Below are positions 19,814-29,814 of a stretch of DNA of 64,000 bases, piece after piece. The position numbers were made by a program, and so were the translations under genes. The stretch's first letter is position 1; each line of letters starts with the position of its first letter. Source of the stretch: an uncultured SAR86 cluster bacterium (GTDB taxonomy: Bacteria; Pseudomonadota; Gammaproteobacteria; Magnimaribacterales; D2472); NCBI GenBank assembly GCA_902623535.1, contig CACNUA010000004.1, positions 2,112-66,111 on the forward strand. The letters are read 5' to 3'. The notes below the pieces were generated by a model. It made no database searches and was not told where the DNA came from. It worked only from the letters and a program-made list of their open reading frames with translations.

Positions 19814-20845
19814 TTAGAAAAGATTTTCACAACCAGTACCATCCAAAAAATCTAAAACTCTTTTTTTATCATTATCATTTAGAGAGTTAAATTCATCTTT
19901 TATCCATATTAAGCATTTTGCTTGATATGGAAACGACTTTTGTTTCCAAACCGACCCATCAACCTCTGCCCTCAACGAGTCTTTTCCATCTTCAATAGCT
20001 TTTGCATTAGCCAATAAAACCGGCACATAAAATTTACCCACCTGATTAAGAATCTGTTTTAAGGAATCTGGGCAATCCTCAAGTATATTCAAACTTTTTT
20101 TATGAACATCTAATCCTGATAAGTCATTCATTAGGTCATGCCAGGCTATCACTCTTAAAGCTAAATCATGTGCAATTGCCCTTGATGTAGGTTCAAATCC
20201 AATCAGCTGTGAAAGTTGACCATAAAAAGCAAAATCAGATGATGTAGGTAAATCTCCTAACAGGAAAGGATTATTTTCAAGATGCGAATTAAATAATGTC
20301 ATAAATTTTTTAAAACTAGAGTCAATAATTTTTGAAGTATATTCATTTGATCCAACGACCCAAAGTCTGTCTATTTGTCTTTGTGTAAAAAATTGTTTTG
20401 CTTCTTGCAAGATTTCATCTGGTAAATTAACTTGAGAATTCACTAAGGGTAAAATTGTTCCTGCCTTATCTGCATCTGATTCATAGTGCCAACGATAATG
20501 AAACATATATTTAGTAAGCCATTCATCTCCAAAATCTTCGAGTAAATAGTTAATGAAATTTAATGCTGGATCTATAGGTAATACACTTCTATCAGGAAGA
20601 TCTCTTTCAAGTTGCCTGATAATAGGGGTTGAGTCAGTTGTTGCAACTTCATTGCCTGAATTATCCTCTAAAATTATTACAGGTAATAAAATTGGCTTTG
20701 GAGGATTGATATTTCGTTCTTTTAATAGAGATGCAACGTCTCCAAAATGAACATCGAAAGGTATACGTTTAAACCTCATAAGAGAAATCATTTTTTGCGT
20801 ATACGGTGATGGCGTACTCCCAAAAATTTGATATCTCTTATCCAT
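19814..20845 (-). CDS. Glutathione S-transferase family protein; start probably 20845
   Basis: SPYTQKM..RFKRIP, DSTPII..LE, EDFGDEWL, PFLLG..P...DFAFYG; TAGAAT 7 nt upstream of the ATG at 20845. Confidence 0.85.
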   Translation of the reverse strand: MDKRYQIFGSTPSPYTQKMISLMRFKRIPFDVHFGDVASLLKERNINPPKPILLPVIILEDNSGNEVATTDSTPIIRQLERDLPDRSVLPIDPALNFINYLLEDFGDEWLTKYMFHYRWHYESDADKAGTILPLVNSQVNLPDEILQEAKQFFTQRQIDRLWVVGSNEYTSKIIDSSFKKFMTLFNSHLENNPFLLGDLPTSSDFAFYGQLSQLIGFEPTSRAIAHDLALRVIAWHDLMNDLSGLDVHKKSLNILEDCPDSLKQILNQVGKFYVPVLLANAKAIEDGKDSLRAEVDGSVWKQKSFPYQAKCLIWIKDEFNSLNDNDKKRVLDFLDGTGCENLF

Positions 20846-20968
20846 GACATATATTCTATGATGAATCGACATATATCGGGCTAATTTACTAATACTAATA
20901 ATTTACGTGTATTACATTAGCCTATTTCCTAATTCTTCATATCCTGTAAAATGCGATATTTACAACAT

Positions 20969-21058
20969 GGAGAGATGGCAGAGCGGTTGAATGCACTGGT
21001 CTTGAAAACCAGCAAGGGGGCAACTCCTTCCAGGGTTCGAATCCCTGTCTCTCCGCCA
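20969..21058 (+). tRNA. tRNA-Ser (anticodon TGA)
   Basis: GGAGAGA/TCTCTCC acceptor stem, anticodon arm CTGGT-CTTGAAA-ACCAG, long variable arm, GGTTCGAATCC, encoded CCA. Confidence 0.97.
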
Positions 21059-21065
21059 ATTCAGT

Positions 21066-21473
21066 ATGAAAAAATCAGATCTTTTTGAAGCCCCACCGAA
21101 TTTCCTGAAAATACTTGGCAGTGAAGGGTATGATTATGATGAGGAAAATGAAATTATATCAATGAAATTTAACTTGAACAGTGATTTTGCTCACACCCTC
21201 GGAACTATTATTCAAGGTGGATTTATTACCGCAATGCTTGATGCATCAATGGGCCATGTTGTTACACGTAAATATAATGGTGATTACAACAGTGCTACTT
21301 TAAGTTTAAACGTACAATTTCTAAGGGCAGGTGAGCCAGGTCCTTTTGAGGCTATAGGTAAGATTAATAAACTTGGAAGATCGATTGTTTTTACCTCAAG
21401 CGAACTATTCCAAAATGATAAGTTGATTGCAACTGCAACTGCTTCAAATATGTTGATACCACTAAATGAATGA
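21066..21473 (+). CDS. PaaI family thioesterase
   Basis: GTIIQGGFITAMLDASMG, TLSLNVQFLR, GRSIVF. Confidence 0.9.
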   Translation: MKKSDLFEAPPNFLKILGSEGYDYDEENEIISMKFNLNSDFAHTLGTIIQGGFITAMLDASMGHVVTRKYNGDYNSATLSLNVQFLRAGEPGPFEAIGKINKLGRSIVFTSSELFQNDKLIATATASNMLIPLNE

Positions 21474-22548
21474 TCAATCTAAAAAATTTTTAAATTCTAT
21501 AAAGCCAATAGAACCTTTTAATGTAAGTAATTTACCTCCCGAACCCTCATATTCAGCTCTATACTCTTGGGTTGCTCATCCTGAAATTGATGGGTATCAC
21601 CAAATAGTTCCCAAAGGTGAGAACTCAATTTCAAAATCCATGAAAGATATCGATGTATTTTTTATTCACCCAACAGGTTTTTTTGGAAAGAATTGGAATG
21701 GACCAGTTGATCGTAATCATGCTTGCTTTCAAAGATCTGAGATTTATATGGCTTCTCAAGCTTCAAGTTTTTATGAGTCCTGTAATATCTATGCACCTGA
21801 GTATAGACAGGCAACATATTATAGTTTTTTTGATTTAGAAGGTAATGGTTATCAAGCTCAGGATGTTGCTTATTCTGATATTGAAAGAGCTTTTGATTAT
21901 TATATGGAGCACCACAATAGTGGTAGACCCTTTTTTATTGCATCTCACAGCCAAGGATCTTTGCATGCACAAAGATTAATTTATAATCTTATTGCTGGTA
22001 AAGAGCTTACCAATCAATTTATCGCAGCTTATCTTATTGGTTATATAGTTCCATTAAAACATTTCGATCTATTATTTACTGGACTTAAAAATTCAAATTC
22101 TTTAAATGATACTCAGTCTATAATTTCATGGGGTGCAGGTGTTGAGGGTTTTACAAGACCTAGAGCACATGCTATGTACTGGACGCCAGACGAGTGGATT
22201 AGAGAAGCAATGGAGCAACCATTGGTATGTCAAAATCCGATAACTTGGAATAGTTCGAATGAGTGGGTAACAAACACAAATCAAATTTCTATTAGATTAA
22301 AATCCTCTGAAATCAAAGCTTTAGATTACTACGCTACACAACATGCACAGTCAAAAATTTCGATTGAGTACACTGATGTCACAGAGATGGAAGTGCGTGT
22401 TAGCCCAAATCATATGATTGAATTAAGAGGCCCGCTTATTGATAAAGTTAGTAAGCTCACTGCAAACGGTGATTTACATAATTTTGATATTCAACTTTTC
22501 TGGAAAGCCATAAGAAATAATATCAAAGATCGTATTGCATCAATCTAG
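21466..22548 (+). CDS. DUF3089 family alpha/beta hydrolase (esterase-like)
   Basis: WVAHP, DVFFIHPT, YAPEYRQA, AYSDIERAF, GRPFFIASHSQG, GDLHNFD. Confidence 0.88.
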   Translation: MNDQSKKFLNSIKPIEPFNVSNLPPEPSYSALYSWVAHPEIDGYHQIVPKGENSISKSMKDIDVFFIHPTGFFGKNWNGPVDRNHACFQRSEIYMASQASSFYESCNIYAPEYRQATYYSFFDLEGNGYQAQDVAYSDIERAFDYYMEHHNSGRPFFIASHSQGSLHAQRLIYNLIAGKELTNQFIAAYLIGYIVPLKHFDLLFTGLKNSNSLNDTQSIISWGAGVEGFTRPRAHAMYWTPDEWIREAMEQPLVCQNPITWNSSNEWVTNTNQISIRLKSSEIKALDYYATQHAQSKISIEYTDVTEMEVRVSPNHMIELRGPLIDKVSKLTANGDLHNFDIQLFWKAIRNNIKDRIASI

Positions 22549-22550
22549 TT

Positions 22551-23951
22551 ATGGTTACCAATCAAGAAAAATTCTTTTATGGGATTGGAGCTTCAGCGAA
22601 TGGAATTAAAACCGATGCTTTTACGTATTTTTTACTCTTCTTTTATTCAAACATAATAGGGCTTTCACCTGGTCTTTCTTCATTAGCAATTTTTATTGCC
22701 TTGTGTGTGGATGCGGTAACAGATCCACTGATGGGCGTAATCTCTGATCGAACTAATCATAAAAATGGTCGTCGTCATCCATACTTTTTGCTTGGAATAC
22801 TCCCAATGTCGTTATCTTATTTCATGCTTTTTGCTATTAATTCTGATTGGGGCTTTTCCCAAACACAGTTATTTTTATGGATGTTAATCTTCACAATTTT
22901 TACACGGCTTGGCATAACTCTTTTTGATGTACCGCATAGATCTCTAGGTAGTGAGATGTCCCAATCCTATTCTGAACGAACCAGCATTTTCTCATGGCGT
23001 GAATTACTGCAAACAGCTGGGGGACTTACTAATGCTTTACTGGCTTATTCAGTTTTCTTTCGTGCTACAAATGAATATAAAGTAGGACTACTAAATCCAG
23101 AGCCATGGATTTACTATGGTATTACTGGTGCGTGCTTGATGGCCATTGTTGTCTTAATAACTTACTTTGGAACATTACACTACAAACATAACAGGAATGC
23201 TGTTCAGAGTTATTCATTGGGCGATTTAATTAAACAGATTCTCACAGCCTTAAAAAACAGAAACTTTATATTATTCTTTTTTGGATATTTATTTATTGCT
23301 TCAAGTTGGGGAATTAGCAGTTCATTACAGCTTTATGTGACAACATATTTTTGGGAGTTTGAAACCTCAATGTTAACGTTCTTTATTCCAATCTATGCCT
23401 TTGCTACTTTCAGTGCATTTTTAATCTTGAACCTATTTTCATCAAAATTTGAAAAAAGAAATCTGTTAATGATTGCTATATTTATTGCCGCTTTTATTAA
23501 TGCATTACCGTTCCCGCTAGCTATATTTGGATTATTACCAGAGTTTGGATCATGGATATTATTTTTTGCTACCGCTCCTTTTTTATTCGTGACAAGTACA
23601 GGATTAGTAGCTTCAGCAATCATAAGGGAGTCAATGTTAGGAGACATAAGTGATGAGGTTCAATTAAACACAGGATTTGGACAAGAGGGCTTAATGTATG
23701 CAAGTTCCTCCTTCATTGGCAAACTTAATACAGGATTAGGTATTTTGTTATCAGGTCTTTTATTGGAGTTGATAAACTTTCCACAAGGTCAAGATGCTAT
23801 TCCTGATGCAAATCAAATATTTAATTTAGCTTTAACGCAAGGACCATTTGTTAGTTTATTGATGATCATTCCATTTTTTATTTTCTATTTTTATAAAATT
23901 GATAGAAAACGCCACAATGAAATTATCTCTGAAATTAAAAAAAAGCTATAA
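22551..23951 (+). CDS. MFS transporter, glycoside-pentoside-hexuronide (MelB-like) family
   Basis: DAVTDPLMG.ISDRT....GRRHP, VPHRSLGSEM..SY.ER, about 12 TM segments. Confidence 0.9.
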   Translation: MVTNQEKFFYGIGASANGIKTDAFTYFLLFFYSNIIGLSPGLSSLAIFIALCVDAVTDPLMGVISDRTNHKNGRRHPYFLLGILPMSLSYFMLFAINSDWGFSQTQLFLWMLIFTIFTRLGITLFDVPHRSLGSEMSQSYSERTSIFSWRELLQTAGGLTNALLAYSVFFRATNEYKVGLLNPEPWIYYGITGACLMAIVVLITYFGTLHYKHNRNAVQSYSLGDLIKQILTALKNRNFILFFFGYLFIASSWGISSSLQLYVTTYFWEFETSMLTFFIPIYAFATFSAFLILNLFSSKFEKRNLLMIAIFIAAFINALPFPLAIFGLLPEFGSWILFFATAPFLFVTSTGLVASAIIRESMLGDISDEVQLNTGFGQEGLMYASSSFIGKLNTGLGILLSGLLLELINFPQGQDAIPDANQIFNLALTQGPFVSLLMIIPFFIFYFYKIDRKRHNEIISEIKKKL

Positions 23952-23967
23952 TAATTTGATTCACATC

Positions 23968-24573
23968 ATGGAAGCGCTGGAAACCACAAAATATAACCTT
24001 AAAGCTCAGTCTATCATTGAGTCAGCTGTCTTTAATTTTAATCGAAATGGATTTCACGGTACCTCTTTAGAGGACATCACCAAAAGCTTAAATATGACTG
24101 ATAAATCTATTTATTATTATTTCAAAAACAAAGAAGACTTATTTATTGCTGCTTTGCATCAAACACAAGAAAGCCTTTGTTTAGCAATAACTGAAGCCAA
24201 AGCATTGAAGGTAAATGCATTGGAAAAAATACAATTTTTAGCCACACAATGCGCCTCGATTGATGGCTTAGAGCTTTTAAGTAATGTACCTCTCGAAGTC
24301 ACCAAACATAAGCTCTATCCAAAAATTGAAAAACGCTTAAAAAAACATCATCAAATTACTATTGATTTTTTTGAGATGGGGCAGAAAGATAAATCCATCA
24401 TTAAAGGCAATCCTGTTGATCAATGGACGCTTTATACCGGAGGCTTTTTAGCTTACTTTAATTGGTATAAATTTGTTGATAGAACCAAAGTCGATTACCA
24501 AAAACAAATTGACGACATGAGATTTATGATTGAAAGAGCTTTTTCAACTGCTTATAAAAAAAGTCATGATTAA
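23968..24573 (+). CDS. TetR/AcrR family transcriptional regulator; start probably 23968
   Basis: F...GFHGTSLEDI...L.....SIYYYFKNKEDL HTH. Confidence 0.88.
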   Translation: MEALETTKYNLKAQSIIESAVFNFNRNGFHGTSLEDITKSLNMTDKSIYYYFKNKEDLFIAALHQTQESLCLAITEAKALKVNALEKIQFLATQCASIDGLELLSNVPLEVTKHKLYPKIEKRLKKHHQITIDFFEMGQKDKSIIKGNPVDQWTLYTGGFLAYFNWYKFVDRTKVDYQKQIDDMRFMIERAFSTAYKKSHD

Positions 24574-24814
24574 GCTACCACATATTATTACATTGATGCT
24601 TTGGGCCTTTGGATTGGTTAATTTGTTTGAGCCTTTTAATGGTTTATTTGGGCTCATAGCCACTTTCGTTTTTTATTTACTCTTAATAGCGCACATAGTA
24701 GAAATATTCATTTTTAATAACAAAATTAAATCTCACTCCATCTCATATCCATATGGGTTACTTATGACATTGCTTTATGGAGTGATCTATCTAAATACAT
24801 TAGACAAAAAATAA
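24566..24814 (+). CDS. Small membrane protein (DUF1145-like); start probably 24566
   Basis: W...LVNLF.PF, AHIVE, TLLYGV pattern. Confidence 0.7.
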   Translation: MIKLPHIITLMLWAFGLVNLFEPFNGLFGLIATFVFYLLLIAHIVEIFIFNNKIKSHSISYPYGLLMTLLYGVIYLNTLDKK

Positions 24815-24817
24815 TCC

Positions 24818-26167
24818 ATGAATACTCCTGCAGAGGGATTCATTCCTAAAGGATCTCGCGGGGTTTGGCTTTTGGCATGGCCATCAATTATTACTAATTT
24901 ACTTTATGCAACAGGATCCATAATTGCCATAAAAATTGTTGGGCAATTTGGATCTGATGAAATTGCTGCTGCGGTAACCGGCCAAAGAATCTCATTTATA
25001 TTACAGGCTGTTCTTTCAGGGGTCTTGGCTGGTACAACAGCATTGGTAGCACGTAACTGGGGAGCACAGAATTACAATAATGCCAGTCAATTTATTGTTA
25101 CAACGGTTCAGTTAGTGTTAGTTTTATCAGTGCTAACAAGTATCTTTGTACATAGATATGCGTATGATATTTCCTTCTTTTTTGCTCTAAGAGGTGATGC
25201 ACTTAATTATTCATCAGAGTACCTTAAAGTTTTATCCCCATATTTTATTTTCTATGGTCTAGGTATTGCTCTTATTACTGCTCTAAGAGCAGTTGGAGAC
25301 GTCAAAACTCCTCTCATAATTGCAATAATTATGAATATCTCTGGTGTCTTTTTTATGATTGTCTTAGCAAATGGTTACTTAGGATTTAAAAATTATGGTT
25401 ATCTAGGTGCTGCTTTGGGGAATGGCATTTCATACCTTGTTGGTGGAGTATGCATAATTATTGCATGGGTATCTGGTTTATTATCCGTAAGACCAAAAAA
25501 TTATTTAGGAATTAATTTCTCTCAAATAAAAGAAATCCTTTTTGTTGGTTATCCAGCTGCCTTAGAGCAAGTTATTTTTCAGTTTGGCATTACTGCTTTT
25601 TTAATACTTGTTTCATATTACGGTACCGATGCCTATGCAGCATATGGAATTGGCGTTCAGATCCTTTCATTTTCTTTTGTTATTGGATTTGGATTTTCCA
25701 TTGCTGGAGCAACACTCGTTGGTCAGCATTTGGGTGCATTAGATGTTAATCAAGCAAGAAGATCAGGTTGGGGCGCTATGCGACTTTCAATTATTTCTAT
25801 GTCCCTGTTTGGGCTACTAATTTCATTATTTGCAGAGCCACTAGCGTATTTTATGATCAATGACGAGTCAGTTGTTAGATTAACAGTTCTATTTATTTGG
25901 CTACTAGGTTCCATGCAGCCATTTATGGCAATTGAATTTTCTTTAGGTGGTGCTCTGAGGGGAGCCGGGGATACCAAAACTCCATTAATGATTACTTTGA
26001 CTTGTTTGGTATTGATTAGGGTAAGCCTTGCTGGTCTATTCTTTTATTTTTCGTTACCAGTTGAGTATATTTTTGCTAGTTTGCTTGCTGATTATATAGT
26101 TAAAGGTTTCCTCTATACCTATAGTTTCCGTTCAGGAAAATGGGTGCACGCAATAAAATCAACTTAA
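24818..26167 (+). CDS. MATE family efflux transporter
   Basis: LAWPSI, two repeats ALRAVGDVKTPL and ALRGAGDTKTPL, TLVGQHLGA. Confidence 0.93.
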   Translation: MNTPAEGFIPKGSRGVWLLAWPSIITNLLYATGSIIAIKIVGQFGSDEIAAAVTGQRISFILQAVLSGVLAGTTALVARNWGAQNYNNASQFIVTTVQLVLVLSVLTSIFVHRYAYDISFFFALRGDALNYSSEYLKVLSPYFIFYGLGIALITALRAVGDVKTPLIIAIIMNISGVFFMIVLANGYLGFKNYGYLGAALGNGISYLVGGVCIIIAWVSGLLSVRPKNYLGINFSQIKEILFVGYPAALEQVIFQFGITAFLILVSYYGTDAYAAYGIGVQILSFSFVIGFGFSIAGATLVGQHLGALDVNQARRSGWGAMRLSIISMSLFGLLISLFAEPLAYFMINDESVVRLTVLFIWLLGSMQPFMAIEFSLGGALRGAGDTKTPLMITLTCLVLIRVSLAGLFFYFSLPVEYIFASLLADYIVKGFLYTYSFRSGKWVHAIKST

Positions 26168-27568
26168 ACGCGGATTTGTCTTAATGATCCTTTTCCATAA
26201 ACGTTTTTCATCTGGATTAGGATTTTTTGAACTTAGATTATTAAAGAATTTTTCTAAGCATTCGTAGAATTTTTCCTGATCATTTAAATTAGAATTAAAT
26301 TTATCTTGTAATACCTTAAGGTTAATTTTGTCTCTAATTGACTGATCTTTTTTTAATGAATCCACATTAGCATGGATTTCAATTTCAATTACTGCCTCAG
26401 TTAAGAGATTCTTATCATTATTAAAATTAGATTTTTCAACCATCTGTCTAATTTTATGAGGAATTGAATCCATATCCTCAAGATTTTCAATTTTATCTAT
26501 TAGTGATTCAAAATCTTTTAACTTATTCTTTTTCTTCTCCTCAGCTGCTTTGGTTTTTATACCTAAAAGATATTTATTTACTTCAGTAAATTCTTTAGAT
26601 TTAGAGGCATGTTTAATAGTTTGCAGGAAAGACTCGATATCATTTGGTGAAGAGTTACTTAATTCATCTTTAATATATTTTTTTAGTAATAAAATCTCTT
26701 TATCAGCCATTGCCTTTTTTTCAGCATAGAATTTATCTGCTGCTGCATTCAATTCTTTCCATAACCTATCATCATTTTTTCTTCCAGCAGATTGAATTCT
26801 TTGAAATTGATTTTTAATTTCTAAAAAAGCTTTAATGTTTTCAGAGTTATCTTCATGACTAAGCTCACTTACTTTTGTTATTAGATTTTCTTTTGAAAGC
26901 TTATTGCTTGATTCTATTGTCTTAAGATGATCAAAAATTGGTTTTCTTGCAGCTGAGAATTCTTGTTTTAAGTGCTTGAAGTCATCATCACGAACAGGAG
27001 CAAACTTTTGCCATTCATCAAATTGATTCTTTAAATATTTATACAGATTTTTATTTTTTTTGAAGTCGCTACTTTGTACATATGAGTTAATTGATGCAAT
27101 TATTTCTCTGCGCTTGTTGGCATTTTCAATTTTTATACTATCAAGCTCCGCAAAGAATTCTTCACAGGGCTGCCATGCTTTATCAGTTAGAGTTTTAAAC
27201 TCCTCCCATTGATCTCTACTAGCAGGTCTACTTGAATTATCTAGTTGTTGCCATTTTGTTTGGATTTCATGTATTTTGTTTGCCTGATCTCTAGGTTTAA
27301 GCTCACCAGAATCATTAATTAAGGCCTGGACTTCTTTAATCATTTCAGCTCTCTTAGGATTTACGGCGAAGGATGAAACATCATTGAAATATCGCGATTG
27401 AGCTAAAACAAAATTATGTTTATGTCTAAGCTTATTTGGTACTGATGGTAGCGATTTTAAGTCTTGGTTGAGGCTTTTAAGTAATTTTTGACCTGCCTTA
27501 ATTGAACCATCATTAAAGTGAGACTCGATAGCTTCTATCTTTTGAAATAAATCTTTATGTGATCCCAC
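26159..27568 (-). CDS. DUF349 repeat-containing coiled-coil protein
   Basis: Repeats IQTKWQQL...DQWEEF, EWQKFAPV...F..AR, RLWKELNAAADKFY. Confidence 0.78.
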   Translation of the reverse strand: MGSHKDLFQKIEAIESHFNDGSIKAGQKLLKSLNQDLKSLPSVPNKLRHKHNFVLAQSRYFNDVSSFAVNPKRAEMIKEVQALINDSGELKPRDQANKIHEIQTKWQQLDNSSRPASRDQWEEFKTLTDKAWQPCEEFFAELDSIKIENANKRREIIASINSYVQSSDFKKNKNLYKYLKNQFDEWQKFAPVRDDDFKHLKQEFSAARKPIFDHLKTIESSNKLSKENLITKVSELSHEDNSENIKAFLEIKNQFQRIQSAGRKNDDRLWKELNAAADKFYAEKKAMADKEILLLKKYIKDELSNSSPNDIESFLQTIKHASKSKEFTEVNKYLLGIKTKAAEEKKKNKLKDFESLIDKIENLEDMDSIPHKIRQMVEKSNFNNDKNLLTEAVIEIEIHANVDSLKKDQSIRDKINLKVLQDKFNSNLNDQEKFYECLEKFFNNLSSKNPNPDEKRLWKRIIKTNPRLS

Positions 27569-27604
27569 TTTTTGTATCCGATGAAGTTTATAATTAGTAG
27601 TTCA

Positions 27605-28612
27605 ATGAAAAAAAGAATTTTAACAGGTATTACCACAACTGGTATCCCTCATATTGGAAATTTTTTTGGTGCTATTAAGCCTGCTGTAGAATTATCTGCG
27701 TCTAATGACGCAGAATCTTTTTTATTTTTAGCTGATTTACACGCAATTATTAAACAAAATGATCACTCTGCAATTGAGGATTCTGTTAAGAATGTTGCTC
27801 TTGCTTGGCTGTCAGCAGGACTTAATCCTGATAACACATATTTTTACAGACAATCAGATATTCCTGAAATAAGTGAGCTAGCATGGATTTTGGGTTGCGT
27901 TACTTCGAAAGGCCTAATAAATCGGTCGCATGCGTATAAAGCAGCTGTTGATCAGAATAAATCTAATAATTTAGATGATGATAAAGCAATCACCATGGGC
28001 TTATTTTCTTATCCGGTATTGATGGCAGCAGATATATTAATTTTTAATGCAACACATGTCCCAGTTGGAAGTGATCAAATTCAGCACCTTGAAATGACTA
28101 GAGATATCGCAGGTAGATTCAATCATATTTATAAAAATGATCTCTTTAATCTCCCAGAGGCTATTACAAATGATGATGCAAAGACAATACCGGGTCTTGA
28201 TGGAAGAAAAATGAGCAAGTCGTACAACAATGTCATACCTTTCTTATGTCCAGAGAAAGAACTTCAAAAAGGAGTGATGCGAATCGTTACTAATTCACTT
28301 GAGCCTGGTGTTAAAAAAGACACAAAAGACTGTAATTTATTTACGATTTATTCATCATTTGCTTCAAATGATCAGATTAATGCCTTAAAGAAACTTTATG
28401 CTGATGGGGTGGGTTGGGGTGAAGCTAAAAAATTAGTATTTAATGACTTAAATGCAATCATAGAACCAGTGAGGGATCGTTATTTTGACTTGTTGCAAAA
28501 ACCTGATTATTTAAATGACGTTCTTGATCACGGCTCTTCAAAAGTGACTCCAATAGCTAAAGAACTTTTAGAGAAGGTTAGAGATCTAGTCGGCATCAAA
28601 AAAATCAGTTAA
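27605..28612 (+). CDS. trpS: Tryptophanyl-tRNA synthetase; start probably 27605
   Basis: TGITTTGIPHIGN (HIGH), YPVLMAADIL, VPVGSDQIQH, KMSKS. Confidence 0.96.
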   Translation: MKKRILTGITTTGIPHIGNFFGAIKPAVELSASNDAESFLFLADLHAIIKQNDHSAIEDSVKNVALAWLSAGLNPDNTYFYRQSDIPEISELAWILGCVTSKGLINRSHAYKAAVDQNKSNNLDDDKAITMGLFSYPVLMAADILIFNATHVPVGSDQIQHLEMTRDIAGRFNHIYKNDLFNLPEAITNDDAKTIPGLDGRKMSKSYNNVIPFLCPEKELQKGVMRIVTNSLEPGVKKDTKDCNLFTIYSSFASNDQINALKKLYADGVGWGEAKKLVFNDLNAIIEPVRDRYFDLLQKPDYLNDVLDHGSSKVTPIAKELLEKVRDLVGIKKIS

Positions 28613-28617
28613 TAAAC

Positions 28618-29814
28618 ATGAATAACCATCTTTATTGGCTAAAATTTGGCCTATTTTCAGTGGGTCTAGGCCAATCATTTGCCTTTGTGCTTGTACCACC
28701 ACTTGCAAGAGATCTTGGTTTATCAGAAATACAAACATCCACTATTTTTGCAATCTCTGCAGTTGCTTGGGCCATTACAAGTGCATCTTGGGGTAGAGCA
28801 TCAGATAATTTTGGTAGAAGAAATATTGCAGTAATTGGTTTAATTGGGTATTCAATTTCCATAATCGCATTGATAACCCCTTTATTTCTTGTAGAGCAAA
28901 ATCTTCTAGCTTTTGTATACCTTTTTCCTTCGTTGATACTTGGGAGGTTAATAAATGGCCTAATTGGCTCTGCTACAAGACCTGCATCATTTGCTTATTT
29001 AGCTGATATAACACCACCTGAAAAAAGAACAGTTAAATTTGCCCGTATGGAGTCTAGTTTCTTGGCGGGAACCGTTCTAGGCCCTCTAATTGGCGGATTT
29101 TTATTCTTATTTTCACAATCACTTCCGTTTTATTTGTTTGCAGCTTGTGCATTGATAGCTGCATTTCAACTATATCTAAAAATGCCAAATACAAAAATAT
29201 CTACTGATACTGCAAATGAGATAAATACTATCTCTTTTAGAGATGCTAATGTTTGGCCATTTTTATTTTTTGCAGCACTTATAAGCTTCTGCCAAGCATC
29301 TTTACTTCAAAGTATTGGTTTTTATATAACAGATATTTTTAGCGATTTACCAGACTTACCTCTAATTATAAGTATTTGCTTCGCAATCCTTTCAATTTCA
29401 ACTATCATTTCTCAATATTTATTTACAGATTTATTTGGCTTAGATAATTCTAAGTTACTCAAATACGGTATTTTAATTGTATTAATTTCATATTTGATTG
29501 CTGCTTACTCTAGTTCGATAGCTATTTTTTACTTCGCAATAATACTAAATGGTATCGGTTCAGGAATGATCAGACCGGCCAATGCTTCAGCACTTTCGCT
29601 TGCACAAAGTCCAGAAAATCAAGGTTCTGCTGCTGGTTATCTAGGCTCTGTAATACCTATTGGACACATGCTAACTCCTGTTGTTGCGATGCCCATTTAC
29701 CAAATTGATCCTACTTATTTATATATATTTAGCGCAATGTTATGTTTTATCGCAGCAATCTTTATAATAATAAATCCAACAATGAAATCAGTAAAACTTT
29801 TAGAAAATGAGTAA
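28618..29814 (+). CDS. MFS transporter (TetA/DHA1-like)
   Basis: Motif A WGRASDNFGRR, AYLADIT, GTVLGPLIGG. Confidence 0.9.
   Translation: MNNHLYWLKFGLFSVGLGQSFAFVLVPPLARDLGLSEIQTSTIFAISAVAWAITSASWGRASDNFGRRNIAVIGLIGYSISIIALITPLFLVEQNLLAFVYLFPSLILGRLINGLIGSATRPASFAYLADITPPEKRTVKFARMESSFLAGTVLGPLIGGFLFLFSQSLPFYLFAACALIAAFQLYLKMPNTKISTDTANEINTISFRDANVWPFLFFAALISFCQASLLQSIGFYITDIFSDLPDLPLIISICFAILSISTIISQYLFTDLFGLDNSKLLKYGILIVLISYLIAAYSSSIAIFYFAIILNGIGSGMIRPANASALSLAQSPENQGSAAGYLGSVIPIGHMLTPVVAMPIYQIDPTYLYIFSAMLCFIAAIFIIINPTMKSVKLLENE

Noticed and set aside
20969-21058. tRNA as an integration site for a genomic island
   Set aside because: No integrase, no duplicated tRNA 3' end noticed, and no evident compositional shift downstream.
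26159-27568. Coiled-coil defence or SMC-like protein
   Set aside because: No ATPase motifs. The repeats fit the DUF349 family, and no defence genes are adjacent.
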